Of a stretch of DNA of 64,000 nt, positions 32,932-44,755 are shown one piece after another. The DNA lies in contig MCFH01000010.1 in the NCBI GenBank assembly GCA_002104945.1, forward strand, positions 620,001-684,000, read 5' to 3'. The position numbers and the translations under genes were made by a program. The DNA comes from Piromyces finnis finn. Taxonomy: Eukaryota > Fungi > Neocallimastigomycota. The notes beneath the pieces were generated by a model. The model was not told the DNA's origin. It worked only from the letters and a program-made list of their open reading frames with translations, and did not search any database. Position 1 is the stretch's first letter; each line of letters begins with the position of its first letter.

Positions 32932-34425
32932 AAAATTAGAACTAAATATAAGAAATGTTTTCGTTTTCAAGTTATTATTAAATCAGAAAGAATTGCTCAA
33001 TTCTCTGTTACATAGGTAGATGACAGTGATAAAACTAGAATTAACAAGTGTTGCTGTGTCCAATTCATCTTTGCTAATCAAGAGTGGTATAAAATTCCAT
33101 CTAATTACCATCCTTTTATTCATAGGTTTTGAACAAATATTCAAAAGTTAGATGATCTACCAATTAATAGTGGATTTTGACCCTTATGCCAAGTCTGACA
33201 ATAAAATTAAAAGATTTTATCAATTTCTCATGACCACCATATTGATACTGATATTGATGTTCCAACTGAGAATGTTGATGTAAATAATCAAGTTGATTTT
33301 TTATTGCCTACAAAAGTATCTTCAAGTTACTTTGTTGTTTTCTCTGATAAAGATTTATTCATTTGTTTAAAAATTACCGGTTACAGTTTAATTTAGAGTA
33401 TTAATGCATTTTCTAATTTATTACTATTATATTAACACTCGTCTAGCCGGTCTGAGAGAGTTGAAGTGTACATGGTACATTTCAAATTATAAGTGGTGAC
33501 TTAGGATTGTGCCAAATTTACAAGCAACATTCTTAATCAATTTAAGTGTGAACATTAGGGACCGTTAACACGTGATCGAATTGATTATATGAGGCTTAGA
33601 ATTATGATTGAATATATCGTACAACTATATGAATCTAATGTACTTGGATTAATTAAACGTCGAAGCTGAAGATTAAGAATGACAATCTTCGACCTTATTT
33701 AAAATTTATTATGCTTTATTCATTCTAATTTTTAACCCATTCAATATAATATTCTCTAACTACTCTTCATAATCAAAATAACTCTTGATGGAATATCTTT
33801 TAAACAATATTTAATTTTTCAATGAAACTTCTCAATTCTTACAAAAAAAATATTCATAATTATTTTGTTCTTATTTTAAAAGTCAACTTAAAGTTATACT
33901 ATATTATTGTATTTTAAAAAAAAAACTCCCAATTCCTAGAAAACTCTCATGAAAGTATATTGGTAAGCTCAAAAATAATAAATACAAAATTAAATGATCT
34001 AATAAATTCATTACTGATTCATTTATATTTTAATGCTTCATTCTTTATTATGTGTGCTAATTATAATATCAAAGGTTGGAATGATGTTTATATTTATCTC
34101 AATATTCAAACCTATATGTGCTTGCATTTAAGAAGTCGGTGACGGTTAGTTTTTGTGTGGTAGTAGACTTTTTTCTTTATAACTTTCGAATTATAACCCT
34201 ATAGATTGACTCTAAAGCTTCAGGTATACAATCCTTATTCTTTTATACCCGAACATTATCAATGCCGTTATTTTGATCATTTTGAGACAGAAATATATCA
34301 TTTATTTTACTTAAACTAGATAGCATGATATAAAGCTGGTTGTCTTTGATAAACTTAATCAAAATTTAACTATTCCTATTAATAATAAAAGCAACCATCC
34401 GGCAATTGTTGTAGGTGACTTATAG
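32932..34425 (+). mobile_element. Decayed non-LTR retrotransposon (LINE-like) remnant: putative ORF1 followed by the start of an APE endonuclease
   Basis: Frame-shifted APE-like motifs in the right order: MCANYNIKGW (34050; xxNxxG), KPICACI*EV (34108; QE motif), ASGIQSLF, HPAIVVGDL (to 34422; GDFN-like). Upstream is a 257-codon frame (32932-33702) with 12 internal stops. Confidence 0.55.
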
Positions 34426-34685
34426 ACTAGTAAGATTATAATAGTGTTAATTAGTTAATTGATAAAAATTTTTTATAAAAAAAAAAAAAAGAAATTACTT
34501 TATATTGATAATATTTCAGATAGTTTTAAAAAAAAAGATCTTTAAGTAGTCAAGCTATATATATATAAAGGATTCTAATATTCTATATATATATTAAAAC
34601 TCTGGATTCTGAACTTGGAGGTAATTATATAGTAAATTAAGGATTGATGATATAATTACCAAATTTTTGAAAATCTCAAAATATA

Positions 34686-34904
34686 TTGCCAAAAGAAGTA
34701 AAAGTTATTGCTAATGAAGATTTAAAAGGTCTTGCATTTTGTTGCCCTTATCATCAAGAAGCTATCACATGGAAAAATGTCTGGTTTATAAAAATATTAA
34801 GCTACTTTCGGACTGTACTAGATATAGAAAAATACCCAGAGTCCATATTTTATTTATCACAACATATAAAATACTATAAAATATTATTAATAATGAAACC
34901 ATAA
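34686..34904 (+). pseudogene. Unassigned decayed coding fragment
   Basis: Protein-like ORF LPKEVKVIANEDLKGLAFCCPYHQEAITWKNVW with TTG start, no spliceable partner exons, no recognisable domain. Confidence 0.2.
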
Positions 34905-35620
34905 GCTCATAAGTATTGGAATTTTAATAAAAAATATTAATAATTATTTAAAAAGCTATTTATTATTAAGAATCAGATACAATTTTTCGTTTATCATCAC
35001 TAATAAAAAATAAGTATAAAAAGATGTCATTGTATCTTTAAATTTAAAGATGATGAAAAAGTAAAGGAAGAAATTTTAAAGAAATATTGATTTATAAAAT
35101 ATAAATACTTTAAAAAATTTAGAAGAGGATAATTTTTGGATCTAGCATTCAAAGAAATAAAAAATTCAAGCATAAACAGGATAAGAATTCAATATATATT
35201 AAATTTAATTATATTAAATTTAATTATTATTATCGTAATTTAATGTTAATATGTTTTTCTCTTTGTATTTGATAAAAATATTTAATTTATGAATTATCAT
35301 TTTGTTATATTGCCTGTGAAAATATTTTTTTTCTTATATATTTATAAAAATATCTTTCTTTTAGCTAAAAGAATAATAATGCTTATATTAAATATATGAC
35401 ATCAATAATATATAACTATAGTAAATATTATGTATATTGTATATAGCTTTAACAATTAGAAGTAAAATATTTTATTATATTAAATATATTTCTAATAAAC
35501 TTTAAAAAAAAAATAAAACATTACAAAATACTAAACTACATTATTATTTTACTAAATTTTAATAAAATGTTATATTAAGCTATCTTTTGCTATTTTATTA
35601 ATTTTATTAGTATTTAAAAC

Positions 35621-35654
<34 letters not shown>

Positions 35655-35781
35655 TACATAATTTAATTAAATTAAATAAAGTCTGAAACTAATAAATATG
35701 AAAATATGTTATAATTGGGTATTTATTGTTTTTTTTTTTTTTTTTTTTTTTGAACTTTAATGTTTCAGTCTAGTGATTAAT

Positions 35782-37676
35782 TTATATTTTAGTTTTATCC
35801 TACAATTTATTTATAATAATATTTAAATATTAAATTAATATATTGCCATTTAATTTAAAAAAAAAAAAAAATAATGGATTAATAATTTATATACTTTAAT
35901 TGTATAGTTTCCATAATTCTTTTCTGGATCAAAAACTTCCCATCTAGATGCTGGAAAAATGTGTTTATTTCTTTCATACCAAGTTCTTTCAACAACTTTA
36001 CCTGCATGTGACTATTATATATTTTTATATTTTAAAACATTAAAAAAAAAAAAAAAAAACATAAATATTTAAAATTTAGACTTTAAACCATTAAAAAGTG
36101 TTTGAAACTTACTTCATTCTTTTCAATTGAAGCATCATTTACAAGACGAATATCATCGTGTACATCAAAACTAAATAGTGGTCCTGATTTACCTCTAATT
36201 TTATTAACAATAAACTCATAAAAAGTATAATGCTATTATTCATAAATAGTATATTAAAATATATACATTTTTTTTTTTTTTATATTTAATATTAATTTCT
36301 TACATGAGGTATAATTAAATCTTCTTTTACATATAATAAATTATCAACATTAACATTTCTAATTTCATGGATCTGGGTACGACACTTTTCCAAAAATTGA
36401 GCAATTGTATCACCTTTTTTACACTGTTAAAAATTGATATTATTACTATTATTAGAGTTTGAGAGTTTTTTCAAGCATAACATTTATAATATTTATAAAT
36501 TTACCTCAACTTGTTTTCTATGACCTGATCCATCCCAATAACTGTAAGTTACTAGAATCTTTTCATCTTTATATATAATAATAAAAAATTAATCATATAA
36601 TTATACTATAATATTATTTTATATAAATTTTCAAACCTTTAAGTAATTGTTGTTCAGCTAACCATTTTTCTTTTAATATTTCTTTTTCTCTTTTTTCTCT
36701 TTCATCTCTTTCTTTGTCTGGTAAGAAACTTGTATTAACATCAGGATTTTTTTTTAATTTAATTTTTTTTATAGGTTCTATATTAATAAAAAAAAAAAAA
36801 AAAAGAAAGAAAGAAAGAAAATTTTTTTTGAATAAATAGAATAAATATAAGAAAAATAATATAACTATTTTAATTTTTTTTAAAGTTATTTTAATTCGAA
36901 TGAAGTAATCAGAGAGAAGATTTTTATAATCATTAACTCTAATAATAAATTTCAAAGTATTAAAATATTTATTCAAAATTTTTGATACTATAGAAATTGC
37001 ATTATTAATCAAAATCATTATTTAAAATCGATACATTTAAAGATTTCATCATTTACTTCAATTGAATACTCATCAAATAATATATTTTCCAATTAATTTA
37101 AGAAATAACTTACTTTCGTCTATATCTTCCTCTTCATCAAAATCTCCAAATGATAATTTTTGTTTCATAATCTTCTTTTTTTTCTTTTTTTTTGTTCTTT
37201 ATAACAATATTTTAATTAATGGTTTTGATTTATTAGATATTTATAATAATATTTCAACAAATAATTAAAATTTACTTTATCACTTCTTTTCCTTTTTTAT
37301 TTTTTTCATCAATTTGTTCTCTAATTCTCTGGAAATCTTCTAGCATAACTAAACCTATAGTTCTCTTTTTTAATTCTGCTTCAGTTACATCATTTTGGGT
37401 TACGAATTTGTCATTTCCAATTTTAATATTATTATCCTTTCATTTTTTTTTTTTTTTTTAATTTGAAATAAATGAATAAATAAATAAATAAAAAATTAAT
37501 TTTTTTTAATGATATATAATAAATATATATAATTTATAATTTATTTCTTTTAACGAAAAAAATACTTTGGCAATCTGCATTTTTTGCTTTTGATAATCTT
37601 CTAACATTTGATTACGTCTCTTTTCTAATAAGTGCTGACGAGCACCTTCTGCACTCCCTCCTTTATATTCAGCCAT
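35782..37676 (-). CDS. FAM50A: FAM50/XAP5 nuclear protein
   Basis: [96 protein letters not shown]. The last micro-exon (DKTKI*, 35782-35799) is tentative. Confidence 0.93.
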
Positions 37677-38512
37677 TTCAGTATATTAATTGAAATTTTT
37701 TTATTATTGTAAAAAATAATAATTATATTATAAAATTTATTACTTTGATTTCAAAGGTCATATAACAATTTTATTTTAAAATTTTGCTACGATCTTTTAT
37801 AACTAGCATTTATTTTACAAAAAAGCAAACTATATTTAAAAATTGGTAAATTATATATTATAATATATAATCGATTAAATGATTATTTTATATTTTATAT
37901 TAAAAAACATTTAATTAATATATTTTTATAGTTAATGAAATTTAATTAAAAATCATTATTGATCATATTTTTATTTTTTTTTTATAAATTTTTATAGAAT
38001 TAATTTTATTTATTAACTATTTCTTTAGCAATTAAAGTTTATTATAATTATTTTACAAAAAATGAATGGATGATTAAATTATTATAAAAATAACCTTATT
38101 ATATATATATAGAATTAAGAATATAAATTATAATAAATTATAATTGTTATATTCAATAATAATAAAAAAGAAAAAAGTTTAATGATTAAAAATTTAATTT
38201 ATATTCACTATTCACCATTAATGAAAGAAACATTTTTATTTATTCGATTTATAATAATTTATTAGTGAGGTTCTTATTGCAATATTATAATTTTTTTTTT
38301 ATTATTTTATTTTACTATATACGCTTTCAATCTTTTATTTTTTATTTTTTTTTTGTTTTGTTTGTAAATTAATATTTTAGTAATATTGGAGTTTTTTTAT
38401 ACTTTTTTTTTTATTTTAAATTTTAATAAAAATTCAATTGTTATTTTTATTTTTTTTTTTATTTTTATTTTTATTTTTTTTAAAAGAATAATATAAAATA
38501 ATAATTAAAACA

Positions 38513-41500
38513 ATGAAAAAGCGGAATAATAATGATAGGGAAAGCATTATTGCTTATGAAAAAAATATAATAAATACATTAATAAACTTAAAAGAAAAAA
38601 GGTTTATATATTTATTTTTAAATATCTAACTATTATTTTATCATAAATTTATATTACCATTTCTTTTAATTTATAATAATAATTTTATTTTAATAATTAA
38701 ACAGTGGAAGAAAAATTTCAGAATTATTTATCGAATTGCCTTCAAAAGAACATTATCCAGATTATTATAATATAATTAAGAACCCAATATCCATTTCAAT
38801 AATAAATGTAAATTTCAAATATTTATTATATGCTAATTTGATTCTTTTATTTTTATTATCATCATTATTATTATTTGATATTTTTAAAAAAAGTTTATAT
38901 AATTAATTAGTTGATTATTTTCATTATATCAAAATTATTATTTTATTTTATTTATAACTTTTTTTTTTTATAATTATATATATATATTGAAAGAATAAAA
39001 TTAAGAGAGGTGAATATCCTACACTTGATGATTTATGCAATGATATAAAATTAATGCAAGATAATGCTAATACATATAATAAAAAGAATTCTATAATTTG
39101 TAAAGATGCTGCTTTATTAATGGTAAGAATGTTTGAATTATAAAGTATGCTAAAATCATAATTACTTATAAACATATATTTTATTTTTAAATATATTATA
39201 TATTGCATTAATATTATATTAATAGAAAACATTTGAAAGAATGAGAGATGAATTTAATAGTAAATTAAAAGAAGAATTAAATAATGAATTACCTTTAGTA
39301 AAATCAACAGAATTTATATTAAATATATGAATAATACAATTAATAATCAAACATTTTTTTAAACATTTTTTTATAATTTAATTATATAATTATATAATTA
39401 TATATTATAATTTATTTAAAAATTTAGAATGTTGAGGATGTAAAATCACTTTTAAAATTAATTAAAAATTATAAGAATTCAAAGTAAATCAATATATACA
39501 TATAAATTAAAATTCAATTTTATATTAATTATAATTGTTTTGTATCAGATAAAATAAATATTAATTAATAATCATTAATTATATTTAATAATAGTGGAAA
39601 ATATATTGCTGATTCTTTTCGTGAAATACCAAGCGAAGACAAATTTCCAGAGTATTACAATGATGTAGAGGAGAAAGATATGTTATCCATAAAAATTATA
39701 AGAAAAAAATTGAATCAAAATAATTATAGTAGCTTCAAAGAATTTAGAAAAGATTTTGAAACCATGTGCAATGATATAATAAATTATAGAAAAAAAAAAG
39801 AGCCAGAAATTGAAAAAGAAGGAAAAGAATTATTGGTAAATATCATATTAAATTAATATTAATATAATTATTATTATTATTGAATTTAAATTTAATTTCC
39901 TTTTTTTCATTTTTATGTATATTCATAATATGTTCAATAATTTCTTTTTTCTTTTCTTTTATCTCATTAGAAATATTTTTCAGAAATATCAAAATTAAAA
40001 TTGGCAAAAATTGATGGAAAGGATGAAAATGCCAATTCTAATAAGAAACATATAAAATCTATTATTCATAATTCAGAAACTATTCAGATTGGTGATTTTG
40101 TTCATATTGTAAATGAAAACGATAGTAGATATCCATTAATTTTACAAATATTTGATATGTGGATTGACGAAGAGTAAGAAATTCAATAAATTATATAAAT
40201 TTTTAAAATCAAAAATGATGTATTTTTGTAATAATTTTTTATTTTAAATTATTTTAAATTGTAAACTTTGATGAAAATTTTATTATTGCTTAATAATAAA
40301 AAGCAATAAAACAAAAATTAATGGTATCTGGTTTTTAATTCCAGAACAGACGGTTTATCCAGCTAGCAAACGTTTTCTTGAAAACGAGGTTTTTAGAACT
40401 ACCCATAATGAAACATATTCTTTGGATAAAATTATTGATAAATGCTATGTATTAAATTTAAAAGATTACTGTCGTGGATTTCCAAAAGGAAGTGAGAATA
40501 AAAAAGTATATGTATGTGAATCCAGATATATTGAAACAGCTAAAACTACGACAAAAATAAAAAATTGGTCTATATCTATGCCTTCAGGTTATAAAGAATT
40601 AGAAGATTCTGATCTCATCCTTCATAAAAATCCACTTACTATAAAAAGATTTGTTTTAATTACTCCTGAAAATAGTGATATACCAATTCGTGTTCCATAT
40701 ACTCCTGAAGGTAATATTACATTAAAACGTGGTGCAGGAGGTTTGGATTTAAGTAAATTTGATACAAGTATTCTTGAAGATGCCAATAAAAATAATATAA
40801 ACGATTTAACAAAAGTAATTTTACTATATATATTATGAATTAATTATATATACATAAATATATATTTTAAATAATATTTAATAATATAAATATTTAAACA
40901 CAATAATGTTTATTTATATCTACTTAATAGTCACAAGTCCAAACACCTATTTTAAGTAATTTAATTGAATATTAATTTTTTTAATTTATTACATTTATAT
41001 TAGAAAATGAATCGTAAATATATATTAATATAATTATTCTATTTAAAATTAATAATAAAAATAAAAGCAAATGATATACAATCATTAGATCGTAAAAGAC
41101 TGAATCCGATAAATGATATCAATTCACCGTATAAAAGAAAAGCTACTCCAGAACGCGTGTTGTATCCGAATAATATGTCTAATTCCAGTACGTCTCAAAA
41201 ATCATCATTAAATACAAAAATTCATTTTAATAATAATCAATCAATACAGCAAAATCGAAATATAGCAAATAATCCTCACCAAAATTCTAAAAGTAACAAT
41301 AATATGATAATACCTTTAAATCAAATGAACTATCCTTACCCTAATCAACAAGACTATCTAAATTACCCATCATCTAATAATATTAATACCAGTAATCAAA
41401 TGAATAATACTAATATTTATACCAATGCTAATCGTAAAAATAACACAAATAATACTTCAGATTATAAAAGTAATATTGAAGGTATAAATTTAATGATATG

Positions 41501-42063
41501 ATGAGTATTTTATTAATAAATATTGTAAAGAAATTTCTAATAATTTTAATTTTTTATTAATTATTGTAATTTTTTTTAAATAAAAATATATTATTTTTAA
41601 TATGAAATTAAAAAGACATTAAGAAGAAATTGAAACATTCATTATATTTATCTTCTCCACCCAATAATGAAATAGCTGAGCAACTCAAATTATACCACTC
41701 AGATAAATATATAGAATTTATAAAAAATAAGAAGGAAAAAGTAAAAAATAATTTATTTATGTTACCAATAATTCGATATTCAATTATTTATCAACTATAA
41801 TTATATAATTTATTTTAATATTCCACCTTTTTTTTTTTTTTTTTTAAAGACTTTTTCGAAAAGTTTAGATGATGATATTAACAAAAAAAAGAAGGAATCA
41901 AAAATAGATATTAAATATTTATTAAAGGCAGTAAAAGGTAAAATTAAGTTTATCATCATATAAATATATTAAATACTAAATTCAATGATCATATATTAAT
42001 TTAGGTTTAACAGAATTATGGAATAATGAAGCTAAAGTATTTAAATCAAAAATCAGTGTATAG
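38513..42063 (+). CDS. RSC2: RSC complex subunit Rsc1/Rsc2-like (two bromodomains plus BAH)
   Basis: BD1 LFIELPSKEHYPDYYNIIKNPIS..DNANTYN; BD2 FREIPSEDKFPEYY; BAH IQIGDFVHI..GIWFLIPEQT..FLENEVFRT..KCYV..VYVCESRY; C-terminal SSPP..HSDKYIEF motif; all hand-spliced exons join in frame. Confidence 0.85.
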
Positions 42064-42722
42064 AATATTTGATGGACTGGGTGTAGAATTACAATGATTG
42101 AAATAAAAAAAATAAATAAAAAAAATAAATAAATAAAATAAATAAATATGATTTATAGTTTATTTTTTATAGACTAATTATGTAACAGTATTATATAATG
42201 TGATTGTATTAAAATTACCATTTCACTTTAAAGTGTTAAAGTTTTTAACTAATTATTATAAATATAAATATATAACAGATGTAGTATTTAAATAAAATTA
42301 TAATCTAATGTATACATTGATATACATTAATAATATACTATTATTACTATTATTTATTATTATTGAGATTATTTATTATGAATTTGAAAAGTAAAAATCA
42401 AAAATATGATTGGTTAAAGTCAAAATCAATTTTTATTATTATTGTTTTTTTTTTTTTTTTTAAATAATTTATAATAATTACTTATTGAGTTATTCAATAA
42501 TAAAAAAAGAAATATTAAAAGTTAAAAATAATTATATATGTAAAATAGTTGTCATAACATACCAATACATAATTTTTACTGATAACTGTTTTTAAGAACG
42601 AATTTAATATATATTTTATACCATTTAATAGATTGAAATTCATTCACAATAAACAATTACGGAATTATATTAGGAAACAATTATTTATTTTAAATTAATT
42701 TATAGAATAAATTATTCTCACA

Positions 42723-43943
42723 ATGGAAAAGACAGATAGAGAAACTCAAGTAAAAACTTTTTTACCAATATTGCAAAAATCATTAGTCAGCAATGACCGA
42801 GAAATATTTGATCAATGTATGGAAATTAAAAATAAAAAAATTATTATTGGAATAATTAAATTATTATTAAAAACAGAAGTTATATCTTTAACAAAAAAAT
42901 TAATTACTTCTATTGAAAAAGAACCAAATAGAGGTAATGCATCAGAATGGTTAAGAATAACATTATTAATTCATACACCAATATTATTGAAGGTATAAAA
43001 CTATATTTGTTTAAGAGCTTTTATTATTTATTTTTTATAATAAATGGGATTAAATCATTAAAATTCATTTTATAATTTTAAATAATTTTCTTTCATATGA
43101 TTATTCAAATAATATATATATAAATATAAATTAATAAAAAATATTTATTAGAATTTCGTTAAATATTATTTCAAAATTAAAATTTAATTAAATTATTATT
43201 ATTAATGTTAGTTTTAAAAAAATACTAATCTAAAAAATTTTGTTATTATATAATTATATAATTTCATAATATATAATATATATGTTTCTATTTATATTTA
43301 TATTTCATAATCAATACATCAAAATTTAGAATAGAGAAGTTGTATTTAGACTTGATGATTTATTTAATAAAATTAATAATGGTAACAATACAATTGGTAA
43401 AATACTTCAACTTTCTGGTCGTCTTGATATGATGAATATTCAAGTAATTAAATAATTATATTTTATAATTTTTGTATGTAATAAATAATGAATTAATTAA
43501 TTTTATATTAATTTATAAATGATTGCTATTCAATGATTTATATACAGATTAATTCAAGAAAGAATAATTCAAATGAAGATGGTAATTTATTAAAAATTAA
43601 ATATTACTAAATATAATTATACTTTATAATGAATAATATTATTTTTATATATCAATTTTTAATAACTTTTTTAATTTTATTTTTAATTATAATAATAAAA
43701 GATGTTGAGGAGGATGAAGAGGAAGAAAGCGAATCTTCTGAAAGTGATTCTGATTCTGAATCTGATGAAGAAAAGGAATACAATATGTATGAAGACGAAG
43801 ACGAAGATGAAGATGAAGATAATGAAGATGATGAAAGTGAAGATTCAGATGAAGAAAAGGATAAGAAAAAGAATGAAATTGTAGATGATGTATTTGGTGT
43901 TACAGATTTCTCATTCTTAGATGAAATTAAACAACAAAAATAA
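42723..43943 (+). CDS. Stand-alone Utp12/Dip2 (NUC189) domain protein, Utp5/WDR43 C-terminus-like, acidic tail; 4 exons
   Basis: LQKSLVSNDREIFDQC..IIGII..L..LITSIEKEPNRG..EWLRITLLIHTPILL..LDDLFNKI..ILQLSGRLD aligns by eye, essentially without gaps, to the Utp5 C-terminal domain; in-frame TAA at 42708-42710 precedes the ATG. Confidence 0.75.
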
Positions 43944-44755
43944 AAATGAGAATATTAAAATTAGAATAACAATACATAATATATATATCACTATTGGAAC
44001 CTAAATATTGTATTCAGTCTATTTTTTCCATTTTATTTTAAAAAAGAAATACAATTAAAATTGTCATATTCTAATCTTGTAATAGTTACATTCTTATTTA
44101 TAAATTCAATAACTAGTACAAAGTAATTTATTTATTTATTTATTATTGTTTTTTTCTTTTAATATAAAATATTAGTTGTATTTCTTTCTTTTTTTCTTTA
44201 TTTTAAAAAAAATTTATATATTTTACCAATAAACAGTTTAAAATATCAGAATAAATAAAATCAAGTATAATATATAAAGTTAATATGTATACATTAGATA
44301 AGAACTCTTCATAAAAACATAATTATTATTAATAAAATATAGAGAAGATATTAAATTTAATTTTCATTTATTATAAATAAAACAAATATATACATTTTAA
44401 ATTTTTTATGAAGTGTATAAATATAAATAATTTCATAAAAAATTTATTTTATTATTAATTTTGGTTTTATATATATTTGAATTCCATTACTTAATTTCAA
44501 TTTATATTAATAGAGTAATAGCTTTCTAATGAGATAAATAAATAAATAAAATGGTGTTCGAAAGGGGTAGTGTGAAATAATGAAGAATATGTTAATTATT
44601 ATATTAAGTTATATTATTGTAAAATTGTATAAATAATAATAATAATATTATTTATTATTATGAGTATAAAAATTTTAATTTTATAGGATATATCAAAGTT
44701 ATCAAGCAATAATGTATATGCTTTTAATTATTATAATTATATTTCCAATTGACAT

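Noticed and set aside
33121-33702. TGA/TAG stops as recoding (selenocysteine, readthrough or an alternative genetic code)
   Set aside because: All three stop types occur, neighbouring motifs are frame-shifted and host genes use the standard code; decay is simpler.
42993-43329. Long intron in the Utp12-domain gene that might hide an exon
   Set aside because: The direct phase-0 join gives a gap-free alignment to the domain, and no AG/GT-bounded in-frame exon was found.
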